Assembly (NCBI RefSeq): GCF_009914755.1
Contig: NC_060929.1
DNA length: 64,000 nucleotides
Source: the human T2T-CHM13v2.0 reference genome, Homo sapiens
Strand: one strand, 5' to 3'
Below the pieces are notes generated by a model. That model was not told the DNA's origin and made no database searches. It was given only the letters and a program-made list of their open reading frames with translations. Shown here in pieces: positions 16,529 to 30,977 of this stretch (the first letter of the stretch is position 1; every line of letters starts with the position of its first letter). A program made the translations under genes and the position numbers.

Positions 16529-17088
16529 ATACAAAAATTACTCAGTTTTTCTTTTAGCCAAAAACATTAAAATTTGTTTTTTGTTGGTAGTTGAGGTGCA
16601 TACAATATGTGACTTCTCATAGATGTGCTATTTTTAATACTGCTATAATTTTGAGCTCTACAAAGAGAAAGTTTCTGATAAATTTTGCTTTGCATAAGTC
16701 CCACATTAAAAAGAGCTGCATGTATAATTAAATATTCTGTCTAATCGAGTATAGTTCTAACAATACATAAATTCCATTTTGGCAAGGCATCAGTGAGACT
16801 CAGGTATTTTGCTTATAATTTTATATCTCTGATCCTATGAATTTTACCAGAATAATATGTGACTCTCTACATTTTAAATCTTGTTTTCTTTCCATTACCC
16901 ACACTTTTGGTGATGAGTGCTGTAGGACTTGCTTATTTGCTGCATGGCCTCTTGTCCTGAACCTCTGTGCCATAATATTGGGTGCATTAGGGTAAGCGAC
17001 AGTGGTACTATTCCAGGGATTACTTCTCTAATGGAAAAAATTAGGATATCCAACCATATGCAAACTAAAGGTGCTCCAACTCAACTTC

Positions 17089-18081
17089 TGTTTTGGGAAG
17101 TCAGGGATCCCGAACGGAGGGACCTGCTGAAGCCATGACAGAAGAACATAAATTGTGGAGATTTCATGGACATTTATCACTTCCCCAATCAATACTCTTA
17201 TAATTTCCTATGCCTGTCTTTACTTTAATCTCTTAATCCCATCATCTTTGTAAGCTGAGGATGTATGTCGCCTCAGGATCCTGTGATGATTGCGTTAACT
17301 GCACAGATTTTTTGTAAAGCATGTGTGTTTGAACAATATGAAATCTGGGCACCTTAAGAACAAGATAACAGTGATTGTCAGGGAACAGGGGAGATAACCT
17401 TAAAGTCTGGCTGCCTGTGGGCCAGGCGGAACAGAGCCATATTTCTCTTATTATTGAAAATGGGTAAGAGAAATATCGCTGAATTTTTTCCCCAGTAAGG
17501 AATATTAATAATTAACAGCCCTGGGAAAAGAATGCATTCCCGGGGGGGCCTCTAAAATGGCCTCTCTGGGTGTGTCTGCCTTATGCACTTGCAGATAAGA
17601 GATGAAACATGCCCTGGCCTCCTGCAGCGCCCCCAGGCTTGCTAGGATTAGGAAATTCCAGCCTGGCGAATTCTAGTCAGACTGGTTCTATGCTCTTGAA
17701 CCCTGTTAAGATGTCTATCAATGACAATGCATGCAGAGTGGGACATGGAAGTTCATTAGTGATTCTAGTTTCACCCTGACCTTGTGATCTCACCCTGACC
17801 TTCTGCCTTGTGATCTTTTGTTGCCCTTGAAGCAAGTGATCTCTGTGACCCACACCCTATTCATACGCTCCCTTCCCTCTGAAAATTGCTAATAAAAAAT
17901 TGCTGGTTTTGCAGCTCAGGGGGCATCACGGAACCTGCCGACATGTGATGTCTCCCCCGGACACCCAGCTTTAAAATTTCTCTTTTTTGTACTCCTTTCC
18001 CTTTATTTCTCAGACCAGTCGACACTTAGGGAAAACAGAAGAGAACCTACATTGAAATATCGGGGGCGGGTTCACCTGATA
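17089..18081 (+). mobile_element. MER11 (B/C-like) solo LTR of HERV-K(HML-8)
   Basis: TGttttgggaagtcagggatcccgaacggagggacc start; AATAAA at about 17891; perfect 6-bp TSD AACTTC (17083-17088 and 18082-18087), the length typical of betaretroviral integration. Confidence 0.93.
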
Positions 18082-18339
18082 AACTTCTCTGTAACTAGAT
18101 CCTACAATCACCCATAGTTAGTAAATCTAATGTTATCTGACACTGGATAATATGAGAGAAGGTGACTTGGAGAGACAATAGTCAGTAGAAGGATTATGAT
18201 TAAAATAGCTTATTTAGCAATTTTTATAAATATTAATACTAATGACTATGTGAACCCATTGCTGGGTACACTCCAAAAACCTCAAAGGGGGTCATGCAGG
18301 TGATGTGAACTTTATTAAGATCATGACCCTGATTCTTTT

Positions 18340-19870
18340 TGTTTGAATTTGTCTAGAATATATTCTTTTATTTCCACAATTTCTGAAATATATTGTTTTC
18401 TATGGTTTCAGATATGACAATTTTATATAGCACAGAATTGGATTTGCTTTATGATCCAATGTAAAAGTCCTTTTCTCTTAACGAAAACCTAGACCTGTTT
18501 GTATTTATGTATATAAAATGTATGATTAGTTATAATTCAATAATTTTATGAGTCTCAGTCTGTTTTTGTTTGAAAATAACTATGTGGTTATTTCTATTCA
18601 TTTTTAGTTTTTTTCTTCAGAAATTTTAATAATATGTATATTTTAGTCCATTTGCTATATCTCTAATCCTTTTAAATTATGTTTTTGTTTCAATATCGTT
18701 CCTTTCGATTTTCTTATTTTTGTTTTCTATTTATCTTTCTTGCTTTCATCAGAATCTCTTCTCTGTGCACTTTCCATTTGGCCTTCATTTTGGAGTTGGT
18801 TTCCTTTGTATCTTCTACTTATTTTCTGAGTTCTGACAGCTCACATGTCATCTGCCTTTATTGATCCACAGTCTTTTCCTGAGCTCATGTAACTTTTATG
18901 TTCTTGTTTTATAGATAGTCATTCTAACTCATTAAAAATATTTGGTCAAGATTTTTATCTGCTCTGTGGCAATATATCTGTAGTAGAGTGTTTTCATCAT
19001 TTCTCTATCTCCAGTTATTTTTTTTTCTAATGTCATTCTATAGAGCCAACCAGTGCTGTTTTTCTTTTTTATTAACAACTTACTTTTGAATGAATAAAGT
19101 AAACTTTTCCTTAATTAGCCATGTACATAAAGTTTGTATGTCCTAAGGACCATGTTATAAAATAGCAGAAAATCTTCAAGCCCATGGTTTGGGGTGTGAG
19201 GTTTTTTTATCCTTTGCCTTTTAAAAATCCATTAGAAACAAATTGTTTTCACTAAAGTCCCTGTTATTACTCTCCCCCAGCATTTGGTTAGACCATTCAT
19301 GCAAATATAGCTTGTCTGCAGGATTACTTTTATAACACTTCTTTCTATATTTATCAAGACAGAACTGGGTTCAGAGATGCTTCCACATCTTCAGCTAAGC
19401 CCATTCATTTTGGAACTGATGTTGCAAACAGGAATTTAGGGTTTGACTATCTGAGTGTGCCCCTTATGCAGCCTTTCTTAGCCAGCATTTTTTGAGTATT
19501 GCAATCATAGGTCTAGACCTGACCCACCCTCCCCAACAAAAATATTAATTGCTCTAGGGCACAATTTCTACCTGTTTTGTGGTTTGTAGTTTCAATAGTC
19601 TTCTAGATTTTCTACAGAGATTTAATTTCTGTTTCTTGATCTTGTTGGTCTCCTTGTTGCCTTTTCTTGATGAGATAGGATCTTCCTATATTGCCTAGGC
19701 AGGTATCTAACTTCTGGGCTCAAGTGATCCTCCCACCTCAGCCTTCCAAGTAGGTGGGACTGTAGGTGTACACCACCATGCTCAGCTTTCTCCCTGTTGC
19801 TTTTGTGTAATTTTGAAATAAGTGGAAACAACCAACTCTCCAGCAAAGTTTTTAGTAAGCCAGCCAGCAT
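18340..19870 (-). mobile_element. Highly diverged L1M/HAL1-like remnant
   Basis: T-rich strand bias and ORF1/5'-region-like phrases; family uncertain. Confidence 0.35.
19662..19786 (-). mobile_element. FLAM (free left Alu monomer)
   Basis: Single monomer: ttgcctaggc...ctgggctcaagtgatcctcccacctcagcc...caccaccatgctcagc. Confidence 0.8.
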
Positions 19871-20449
19871 TTTTAAATTGGTTTTGTTTTACTGTCTTTT
19901 GATGAGTGCTCAGATTATATAACCACAAAAATCAAAAGCTATAATTTATAAGAAATCTGAAAGTGAATGTGATCAATCAAATCTATAGAATCCATATATA
20001 AATGTTCTTGAGAAAACTTAGCTTGGCTTATATGTATGTGTGTGTTTTAACAGCAACATTCACAAAATTCAATAAAACATTAAAAACATTTGAATGCATA
20101 CTTTTGTGTGGAAATCAAAGCTTTATGTCACACTTACTGACATCAAATTAACAATTTTAAAGAGTAGACAAGCATGACTATCCAAAATATCTGAAAAGTA
20201 TTATATGAGTAGTACAAAATATGTGTTATTGGAGCACAGAGAAAGGGAAAGTGTAGTTGTTGAGATGAAATTGTGACATATGCTAATATTAGTTTTTTAT
20301 TCTGATAAGATAAATGCAAGAAGACTGATGGAGATAATGAAATTGATACTCATTTTAGTCTCTCTATATACAAATGACAAGAAATTAAAGAATTAAATGC
20401 ATATTCTGTAGTCTTTTCAATAAATCTTGACAAGCACATAGTACATTAG

Positions 20450-21175
20450 TTGCATAATAAAGAATTTGACTGATTTTTGTCCCTGGTTCCTGAAAGAAAG
20501 ACTAAATCCTTGGAATTTCCTCAACAATAGAAGTATCTTTGTTATGTATGAACACCTTGGATCACACCTGAATTTATACTAGGGAGATGAAACAGAATAG
20601 GGACTGGTCACCAGAAAGACCAACTTAGTGATGAGAGAGTTTGGCCTTTGAGTCAGTCCAACTTTCGGGGAGGAGAGGAAGCCTAAAGATTAAGTTCAAT
20701 CACATGGACAATGATTCACTCAATCATGCCTAAGTAGTGGATTAACCAAATAAAATATCTGGACACTGGAACTCAGTGAAGCTTCCTGGTTGGTGAACAC
20801 ATGGATAGACTTGAAGGGTGATATGTTCTGATTTCATGGGGATGGGACATGGAAGCACTGTATCTGGGAGTCTCCCAGGCCTTACCTTGTATGTCTCTTC
20901 ATTTGGCTGGTATCCTTTTAAATAAAGCTGTACTCAGATGTGTAACAGTTTTGTGAGTTCTTTCAGTTCTTCTAGTGAATTGTGAAACCTGAAAGGGTTA
21001 TGTAGCTAGTTGGTGAGAAGTGTGGGTGGTTTGGGGACCTCCAAAGTGTAGCTGATGTCTTAAGTAAGGGCAGTCTCATTGGGAACCATACTCTTTAACT
21101 TGTGGTGTTTGTGCTAACTCTGGGTGGTTAGCATCAGAATTGTGTTGCAGTATATCTATTGGTGTTGTAATAATA
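20450..21175 (+). mobile_element. MER21(C-like) LTR
   Basis: tttgtccctggttcctg, ctggtcaccagaaagacc, aatcatgcctaagt, gcttcctggttggtgaacac, AATAAA at about 20921. Confidence 0.8.
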
Positions 21176-22803
21176 TCCCAATTTCCAAAACAAGTCTAGG
21201 GAAACAAAGATAAATAAGACTCCCTATCTCCAAGGGCCTCACAGTTTAGGATGGAGAATTACACCCTTAAATTTTCATAAAATAAATGTTTGTGACTCTG
21301 TATGTTTTAAGGTTATGATATATGTAATAGATTTTACAAAGCGTTCAAAAAATTGTAATAATTTAATAAAATCAATAAAGGTTATTAGCATCTAAAGTGA
21401 TACCATGGCTGTGTAACTGAGGTGTTACTTTAATTTTGGTCAAGGTGGAGCTTTATACTTTATTTTGTGAGCACCTTTTAAGATATTACATTATTCTATA
21501 AAATATGATTATGGAATATTAACTTTCATGCCTTTGGAAAGGAGAGCACTTGCTTTTTATTGGGATTGGGCTGTACCAAAAGAGATTGCCATTTTGTAGT
21601 TCAAATATGGTCAAGTATTGGCTGCTACACTATTTCACATGAATCAACATAATAATTTTAAATACATTTGCAATGCCCAGCATTGAACACATAATAGTGT
21701 TCAAAAATACTTGCTGATGGATTTTATAACCATTAAAATTTGTTTCAGATCTGTACAATATCAATTAACTTTTAGTTATAAACTGTCACAAAGAGAACAT
21801 TAAACAATTTTAAAGAAGTGTTTTTAATAAATTGATTTTGTAGTGATATGGCCTTGAAACAGCAATGTTATTTTTCAAAAATATCTCTAGTAAAATGTGA
21901 AAAAATAAAAAATTACATACAAGTTTACATCACACACAATAAATACACTTTTGAAAATGAAAGTAAACCAAACACCTTGCTGTGTATCAATGTAGTTTCT
22001 AAGGGAAAGTGTGTTTATTCAATGATCATAAACATTTTAGGGTTACTGTAAGTGTGGCATACAAGGCAATTTTATTGACTATTTACAGTATAGATCTGAT
22101 TAGTTCTCAAACCAGAATTAGAATCAAATTCAGCTATTCTTTAGATTTCTTAAGGTAATTAGGTTTTTAATGGAAGAATTGCTGTGGTACAGCTAAGGTG
22201 AAGTTCTGGAGTGGGAAGTGTTTTAGAACCATCTGGAGGGCATTGGGTTATACATGCCAGTGCACATGACCTGTGGCTTCTACATGTCTAAACAGCTTTA
22301 CCTGCAACCTCTAACCCCTAATCAGCTATGTGGGAACATCAACATGTGTGCCAATACCAAAAAACAACAACAACAAAAAAAACCCACCAAAAAAACCCCA
22401 GCATTTTGCTGTTGTCCAGAAAATCCTCATGATGGTCTTTTGATAAGGTACAAGTAGTATGTATGCAGAAGATAATGGAATATTAGTCATTGAAAAAAGA
22501 AATATTCTGATGGAAAGAAGGAAAAAATGGCAAAGTGGGAAAAAATAGAAAAAAATAAGCATTTTTTTATGGCTGGTGAACGCATTAATTGAAGAACTAT
22601 TTATACAGGAATAAAATCATTTTGAAATAATCATACAACAACAAAAACTGCAGCTAAATATGGGGTATATTCATGTACTCTGAGGATAGGAATTCAAATC
22701 CTCTTACCCCCACTCATAATAGTAAACCTCCCCCATTTTCTCCCTTGGGTACTAGAGATGTGTGCTTACTCTTTCTCAGTGAAAATATTCAGTGTTAACA
22801 GTA

Positions 22804-23192
22804 CACATTAGTTTGCTAGGGCAGCCATAACAAAACACAACAAACTTTGTGGCTTAAACAATAGAAATATTTTCTTATAGTTCTGGACTCTAGAAGTCCA
22901 AGATCAAGGTATTGGTAGGCTTGATTTCTTCAAAGGCCTCTCTGCTTGGCTTGCTATGTCCTCACATGACCTTTCCTCTGTGTATGTACATCCCTGGTGT
23001 ATCTTTCTGTGCCAAAATTTCCTCTTCTTATGAGGACACTAGTCAGATTGGATTAGGACCCACCCCAGTGACTCCATTTTAACTAAATCACCTGTTAAAA
23101 TATTTTATCTCCAAGTACAGTTACATTCTGCAATACTGTGAATTAAGGCTTTAATATATGAAGTTCAAGGGGAAACAATTCGATCCATAACA
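22804..23192 (-). mobile_element. MLT1B/C-type MaLR solo LTR
   Basis: attagtttgctagggcagccataacaaa...gaagtccaagatcaagg...ccataaca; TSD-like cagta/cagtg. Confidence 0.85.
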
Positions 23193-23899
23193 CAGTGAAA
23201 CAAGTATACTTCATAGCATGCTAAAACTTATTTTGATTTATTAAATTCTAGTATGTGAGATAATTTGCTGTCAGAAGATAACATTGTTTACTAAGTTGAT
23301 TCTAGAAAAGAAAAAATTGATTTTGTTGGAGAATTATAAGTAACAAAACTGAGAGATTTTCAGTTCCTCTTAAACGTAATAGTATGGTTGTTAATCTTCT
23401 TATTTTTTCCTTCTTGAAACCTCATAGAACAAACAAATAAAATCAACAACCTATGTGTTCTATGAATCAAGATGACCAAACTCAAAACTATTTGAAAAGG
23501 TATCGAAAACAACTTTGCTGACCTTAGGCCCACATAGGAAGTTGTGACAGGGCTCTGGACAAGAAAAATGAGCACAGGGGAGACTCAGCTGTAGCAGATC
23601 TCATACATTTACAGCAAATATTTAATTCCAGAAAGATAATGCCCTACCTGAGCATTATCTGAGATTGCGCAGGTCTGAGATCGCACAGGTCATGATGTCT
23701 TGGGTTCATGGAGAAAGAGTATAGAAAGTTACAGTAAGGGGGAAATAAAAAAGCCCTTTAAAAGAAAAACTATTTGCTTATGACTACAACCTAGAAAGAA
23801 ACCAAAAAGAACTGAGGGTTGGCAGTAGAAGTTTTCCAGAGCCAGGTTAGATTCTAAGAGGCAGTGGAAACATGTCTTTACAGAAGCACCATATAAGGA

Positions 23900-24938
23900 A
23901 GAAACAGCCGTTTGCTCAGGAGATTCTTAACAGGTGTAACTTGGAAAGTTATCCTGGTCCTTCTTAATATTTTTCTAACTCAAGGAAATTTTAACTTATT
24001 CAAGTAACAAGAAAGAAATATTTATGGTATTCATACAAAAATATTAAAATACGAAAAAGAGGCAGCATATTTTTTCTGCTAATTATAAAAATGTATCAGA
24101 AAATTGTTGAGTAAAGCAGATGAAAACTGTAGCCAACATAACAACATGAATCCAAAAAAGAAAATAATGGAGCCATAAAGAAAAATTCACATAACAGAAG
24201 TACAAGATCTCAGGGAGGTGATGATAAGACAAAAGGAAGGTCTGAAACTATAACTGGAAGAACTTGGCAGGGGAATTGAAGAAAAAGATAAAATTTTCAG
24301 AAATAGAGACTAATTACTAAGAACATAGGGGAAACAGAAACACACAAAGAGAAGATACAAATACAAAAAGAAAGAACAAAATGAAGTTAAAATAAAGAGA
24401 TAAAAATGAATTATAGGAAAAACCATAGATATATAAATCAGCCAAAGGAGATCCAAAAACTGTATAATTTAAGTCCCAGAAAAAGAAAATCAAAACAATA
24501 GGATAGAACAACTATTTAAAACTATCCCAAATACTTTCTTTAGACAAGCAAAATGACTTACATTTCAAATTGAAGGGCCAAATAAAAACTGGCCCAGAAT
24601 GATCCACATAGAGACATAACTTAGAATTACAAGACTCCAAAGATAAAGATTGGCTAGTAACATGCTGCAAGGGTCCAGTGAAAGAATATGCAAAGCTAAT
24701 GGTTTTATATCCAATCAAGTTTACTTCAAGTATAAAGGCTACTGCAAAACGGTTTTGAATATGCAAAAACTTAAGAAATATTGTCCAAATAAATTGTTTT
24801 TGAAGAAAGCATTAGAGGGCAAACTTCAAGTAATCAACGGATAAAACTTGAGCAAAGGGACTCATAGTTATGGGATCTTCAGATGTCTGAAAACATAGTA
24901 AATGTTCTGGTATATGAACATAGGTATATATTCTGGTT
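23900..24938 (+). mobile_element. Old L1M/HAL1 ORF1-region remnant
   Basis: A-rich coiled-coil-like coding relic; tatccaatcaagtttacttcaagtataaaggc resembles the ORF1 C-terminal motif YPAKLSFKYKG. Confidence 0.55.
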
Positions 24939-24957
24939 AAAACTTTTGGGTAGAGAG

Positions 24958-25373
24958 AATGCCCATCAATGATAGACTGGATAAAGAAAATGTGGTACAT
25001 ATACACCATGGAATACTATGCAGCCATAAAAAAGGAATGAGATATGTCCTTTGCAAGGACATGAATTAAGCTGGAAGCCATCATCCTCAGCAAACTAACA
25101 CAGGAACAGAAAACCAAACCCTGCATGTTCTCACTCATAAGTGGGAGATGAACATGGGGAACAGATGGACACAGGGAGGGGAACAACACACACCAGGGCC
25201 TGTTGGGGGGTGGCAGGTGAGGGGAGAGAATTTAGAATATAGGTCAATAGGTGCAGCAAGCCACCATGGCACATGTACACCTATGTAACAAACCTGCACG
25301 TTCTGCATATATATCCCAGAAATTAATGTAAAAAAAAAAAAATGAAAAAAAAATTAACCTACAAAAAAAAAAA
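24958..25373 (+). mobile_element. 5'-truncated L1PA10/11-like insertion
   Basis: L1 3' end with poly(A); 19-bp TSD aaaacttttgggta(g/a)agag at 24939-24957 and 25374-25392, with an EN-type TT/AAAA site. Confidence 0.92.
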
Positions 25374-25629
25374 AAAACTTTTGGGTAAAGAGGTAGAATA
25401 TGAAGATTAATAGATGGTAACTGTGGATGTATACTTAAAAGCTCTATTACTATCTAAAAAATTTTTGCTAATATACTTGAGTCCCTCTTGGGTTCAGAAT
25501 ATATTTGATAACCAAAGAATTCAGAATTTGATATGCTAATCACATCAAATAATCAGATCAATTTCCTAACTCTGACTATGTAGTCAGTACATGTAGGGAA
25601 CCATTAATGCAGAGAAGCCATAGGGAGAG

Positions 25630-25720
25630 AGATCTTGTTTCAGCCGTGTGACTCTATGATCATATACAAGGCACCTAATTACCTTTGACTTGTTTCCTTA
25701 TCTGTAAAAATACTATGAAT
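25630..25720 (-). mobile_element. MIR fragment
   Basis: tgtttccttatctgtaaaaa core. Confidence 0.45.
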
Positions 25721-25950
25721 TGGTTTTACTTATTGTGCTTTTCCTCAATATGCATGTGTGGGGGATGTGTAGGAAGGAAGAGAGAGGGAGAGAAAAGGAG
25801 AGAGAAATGAAGAGGAAAAGATAGAGAGGTGTTTGTTTTCATATTTATGGGTAAAGAGTAAACCCCACTTAACAAAGAATGGGAAATTTTTAATCTTTTG
25901 TAATCATCTGCAGCAGTTTTTAAAGCATGGAAATCATTTGCTCCATATTC

Positions 25951-26516
25951 CTTTTTTTAAAATTTTTATTTTAGCTTTGGGGTACATGTGAAGGTTTGCT
26001 ACACAAACACAAGATCACAAGGGTTTGTTTTACATATTATCAAGCTCAGTACCCAATAGTTATTGTTTCTGCTCCTCTCCTTCCTTCCATACGCCTCCCT
26101 CAAGTATGTCCCAGTGTCTGTTTTTTCCTTCTTTGTGTTCATAAATTCTTATCATTTGGCTCCTACTTATGAGGGAGAACAAACAGTATTTGCTTTTCTG
26201 TTCCTGCATTAGTTTGCTAAGAATGATAGACTCCAGCTCCATCCATGTTTCTGCAAAATATGTGATCTCATTCTTTTTTTATGGATGAATAATATTCCAT
26301 GGTGTATATGTACCACATTTCCTTCAGCCAGTCTGTCATTGATAGGCATTGAAGTTGAATCCATGTCTTTGCTATTGTGAACAGGGCTGCAATGAACATT
26401 CATGTGCATTCGTCTTTATGGTAGAATGCTTTATATTCCTCTGGGTATACAACTAGTAATGAGATTGCTGGGTTGAAGGGTAGTTCTGCTTTTAGCTCTT
26501 TGAAGGATTACCATAC
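25951..26516 (-). mobile_element. 5'-truncated L1PA15/16-like fragment
   Basis: ggggtacatgtgaaggtttg...agtacccaatagttat...gtctttatggtagaatg. Confidence 0.85.
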
Positions 26517-27201
26517 TTCTTAATTAAAATAGTTATTGCTTTATTTAGATTCTCTCTGTCCAACATTTAGCCTTTATGTTAATAAAATACATTTTTTACA
26601 AAGCATTTTAATATATTAATTATACTTTAATTTTAATTTTGATTTTAATTACTTCCTTTTTCCTTCTTTCCTTAAGCTGGTTTTGCTGCTTATTTCTTAA
26701 CTTTTTGCACTTAAAGAAATTTTTCTTTATTTTCTTACTTTCCTATCCAGTAATAAATAGAAGTTTTTAAGACTGAATTTGCCCCTGAGTAAAGCTTTGG
26801 TTTAAGCTTTTGACCTTTGATACATAATTATTTAACTATTACGGAATTGCATTTTTGATCTATTCACTCAAAAACCTTTTAAGAAAGTGATTTTAAGTTG
26901 TAAAAATGTATTTTAGTCTTTTAACTTCAATTATTAGTGGCCAGCAACTATGGCTTAGATTATCTTTTAACTTCACCCAGTATATAGTCAGAACATTCAA
27001 CTTTTTTCTGTTTTCTTCCTTTTTTACACTTTGTTTAATTGAGGTGGAATATACATATAAAATTTATCTTCACCATTTCTAAGTGTATAGTTCAGTGGTA
27101 ATAAGTACATTTATATTCTTTTCTTCCTCCCTTCATCCCTCCCTTCCTTGTACCATTTCTGACCTCTGGCACCCTACCCCCATTCTACTCTCTTTTTATG
27201 A

Positions 27202-27513
<312 letters not shown>

Positions 27514-28344
27514 ATGAGATCCATTTTTTAAGCTCCCATATATGAGTGAGAACATGCAATATTTGTCTCTCTGGGCGGGCTTATTTCACCTAATATAATG
27601 GCCACTGGATTAATTCATGTTGCTACAAATGACAGCATTTCATTCTTTTTATGGTTGAATAATATTCCATCATATAGATGTACTAAATTTTCCTTATTCA
27701 TCCATTGATGAATGCTTAGGTTGATTCTATATCTTGGCTCTTGTGAAAAGTGCTGCAACAAACATGAGAGTGCAGATATCCCTTTGATATATTGATTTCC
27801 TTTCTTTTGGATATAAAACCACTATTGGAATTGCTTGATCATATAATAGTGCAATTTTTAGTTTTTTGAGGAATCTTCATGAGATTCTCCATAGTTGCTG
27901 TACAAATTTATATTCTCACCAACAGTGTATGTGTTCTTTTTTTCTCCACATCCTCACTAGCATCTGTTTTGTTTTGTCATTTTAATAATAGGTATTCTAA
28001 CAGGGATGAGATGATATCTCATTGTGGCTTTGATTTGCATTTCTCTGACTGGTGATGTTGAGCAGTTTTTCCTTTATCTATTGTTGTTTGTATGTCTTCT
28101 TTTGAGAAATGTTTGTTCAGATCTTTCATCTATTTAAAAAATCAGATTATTTAGTGTTAATTCTTTTTTTGAAATTTTTTGCTATTGAGTTTTTTGAGTT
28201 CTTCTCTCTATATATTCTGGCTATTAATCCCTTATCAGATGGATAGTTATACTTTCCATTCTGTGAATACTTTCTCCCATTCTGTGGGTTTTCTTTTCAC
28301 TTTGTTGATTGTTTCCTTTGTGGTACAGAAGCTGTTTAGCTTGA

Positions 28345-28695
<351 letters not shown>

Positions 28696-30602
28696 TGAGG
28701 TCTTACACAAAAAGTCTTTGCCTGGATTAATGTCCTAGATCATTTCTCCAATGTTTTCTTCCAGTAGTTTCATAGTTTGAGGTTTTAGATTTAAGTCTTT
28801 AATCGAATGTGATTTTATTTTTGTGTAGAATGAGAAAGAGGGTCTAGTTTCATTCTTCTGCATGTGTTTTCTCAGCACCATTTATTGAAGACTGTTTGCT
28901 CCCATCCTTGGCACCCTTATTAAAGATGAGTCGGCTATAAATGCATGACTTTATATCTGGAGTCTCAATTTTGTTTCATTGGTATATTTGTCTGCTTTTG
29001 TGCCAGTACTCTCCTGTTTTGGTATTTTGGTTACTATAACTTTGTAGTAAATTTTGAAGTGAGGTAGTATGCCTTCAGCTTTATCTTTTTTGTTCAGAAT
29101 TTCTTTGGATATTTGAAGTCTTTGGTCATTCCATATAAATTTTAGGATTTTTCTTTCTATTTTTGTGAAGAATGTCATTTATATTTTGAAAGAGATTTCA
29201 TTGAATATGTAAACTGCTTTGGGTAGTATTATCATTTTAAAATATCAATTTCTGCAATCCGTGAACTTGGAATATCTTTTCATATTTTTGTGTCCTCTTC
29301 AATTTCTTTCATCAGTGTTTTATAGCTTTCCTTGCATAGATCTTTTACTTCTTTAGTTATATTGACTCCTAAGTATTTTACATTTTTTGTAGCTGTTGTA
29401 AATGAAATTGCTTTCTTGATTTCTTTTTCAGATTCTTTGCTGTTTGCATATATCAATGCTATTGATTTTTATGTTGATTTTTTCATCCTACAAGTTTATT
29501 GGATTCATTTATCAGCTTTACCAGTTTTTTGGTGGCATTTTTATATTTTTCTAGGTTCTATGTTGTCTGTGAAGAAAGCTAGTTTGACTTCTTCCTTTCC
29601 AATTTCAATGCCCTTTGTTGTTTTTTCATCGCCTAATCGCTCTGGCTGGGACTTCCAGTATTATGTTGAATAACAATGGTGGGAGTGGGACTCCTTGTTT
29701 TGTTCCAGTCCTTACAAAAAAGGCTTTCAATTTCTGCGTCTTTAGTATGACGTTTGCTGTGGGTTTGTCATATATAGTCTTTATTATTTTGAGAAATATC
29801 AATTTTTTACCCATTTTGATGCAGGTTTTTATCATAAAGAGATGCCAAATTGTATCAAATGCATTTCTAGCATCTATTGAAATAAATAGATTTTATATTT
29901 GATTTATGTATGTTGAAATGTCTTTGCATCCCTAGATGCAAAAATATGATGTCTTTGCATCGTATTTGTTCATGGTGAATGATCTTTTTCACATGTTATT
30001 GAATTAGATTTACTAGTATTTTGTTGAGGATTTTTGCATATATGTTCATCAGTGATTTTGGCCTGTAGTTTTCTTTTCTTTATTGTGTCTTTGTCTGGTT
30101 TGAGTATCATTATAATGCTGGCTGTGTTAGTTGTGTTAGGGTTACTGAGAAGGACAGAACTGATAGAAGATGTATACGTGTGTGTGTAGCTGTATGTATA
30201 TGTGTGTGTGTATATATATATATATATACACATATGAGTTAATTAAGTATTAACTTACATGATCACAAGGTCCCACCATAGGCAGTCTGCAAGCTTAAAG
30301 AGCAAAGAGAGCCAGTCTGCGTCTCAGAACTGAAGAACTTGTAGTTGGATGTTTAAAGGTAGGAAGCATCCAGCCTGGCAGAAAGATGTAGGCTGGGAGG
30401 CCATGCCAGTCCATCCTTTCACGTTTTTCTGCCTGCTGGCCACTGATTAGATTGTGCCCACAAGATTAAGGGTGGGTCTGTTTTCCCCAGCCCACTGACT
30501 CAAATGTTAATCTCCTTTGGCAACACCCTCACAGACACACCCAGAGTCAATACTTTGCATCCTTCAATCCAATCAAGTTGACACTCAGTATTAACCATCA
30601 CA

Positions 30603-30617
30603 AGTCCACCCCTTGTC
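30603..30617 (-). other. HERV-L polypurine tract
   Basis: gacaaggggtggact directly precedes TGTGATGG of the 3' LTR on the minus strand. Confidence 0.8.
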
Positions 30618-30977
30618 AACCTGAACCCATACACATCTCCTGAGATCATATATAATCTTCAAATAAAGACAATAATAAGCTCATAATTATACCTAATATA
30701 ATACAACTATCCTTAGTACAACCAGAAACACACCAATCCCCAACCCAAATACTATTACATAAAGTTAACAATACTTAAATGCTAATATAAAGTCAATAAA
30801 TTTTATGTCACATGATAAAGGAAAAGGAAATAAAATGAAGACATTTTCTTATACAAGTGTACACATGCACAAACATGTTTTTAACAAAAGAAGGAAGAAA
30901 TACTCGTGACAGTTACAGTCCTCACTTCTGCAACTGGTCACGTGGTATTAGTTGGTATTGATGACTACATTCCTCTA

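Larger units (their letters stand above)
15770..18330. mobile_element. Old hAT-Tip100 (Zaphod/MER115-like) remnant split by MLT1D and MER11
   Basis: tgactatgtgaacccattgctggg...aagggggtcatgcaggtga near 18245-18305 resembles the Zaphod terminus; sequence is continuous across the two insertions. Confidence 0.4.

Noticed and set aside
23658-23689. 16-bp tandem duplication tctgagat(t/c)gc(g/a)cagg
   Set aside because: Ordinary slippage-scale duplication in an old repeat
30170-30235. (TG)/(TA) microsatellite
   Set aside because: Expansion of the TA run normally present in MLT2A LTRs
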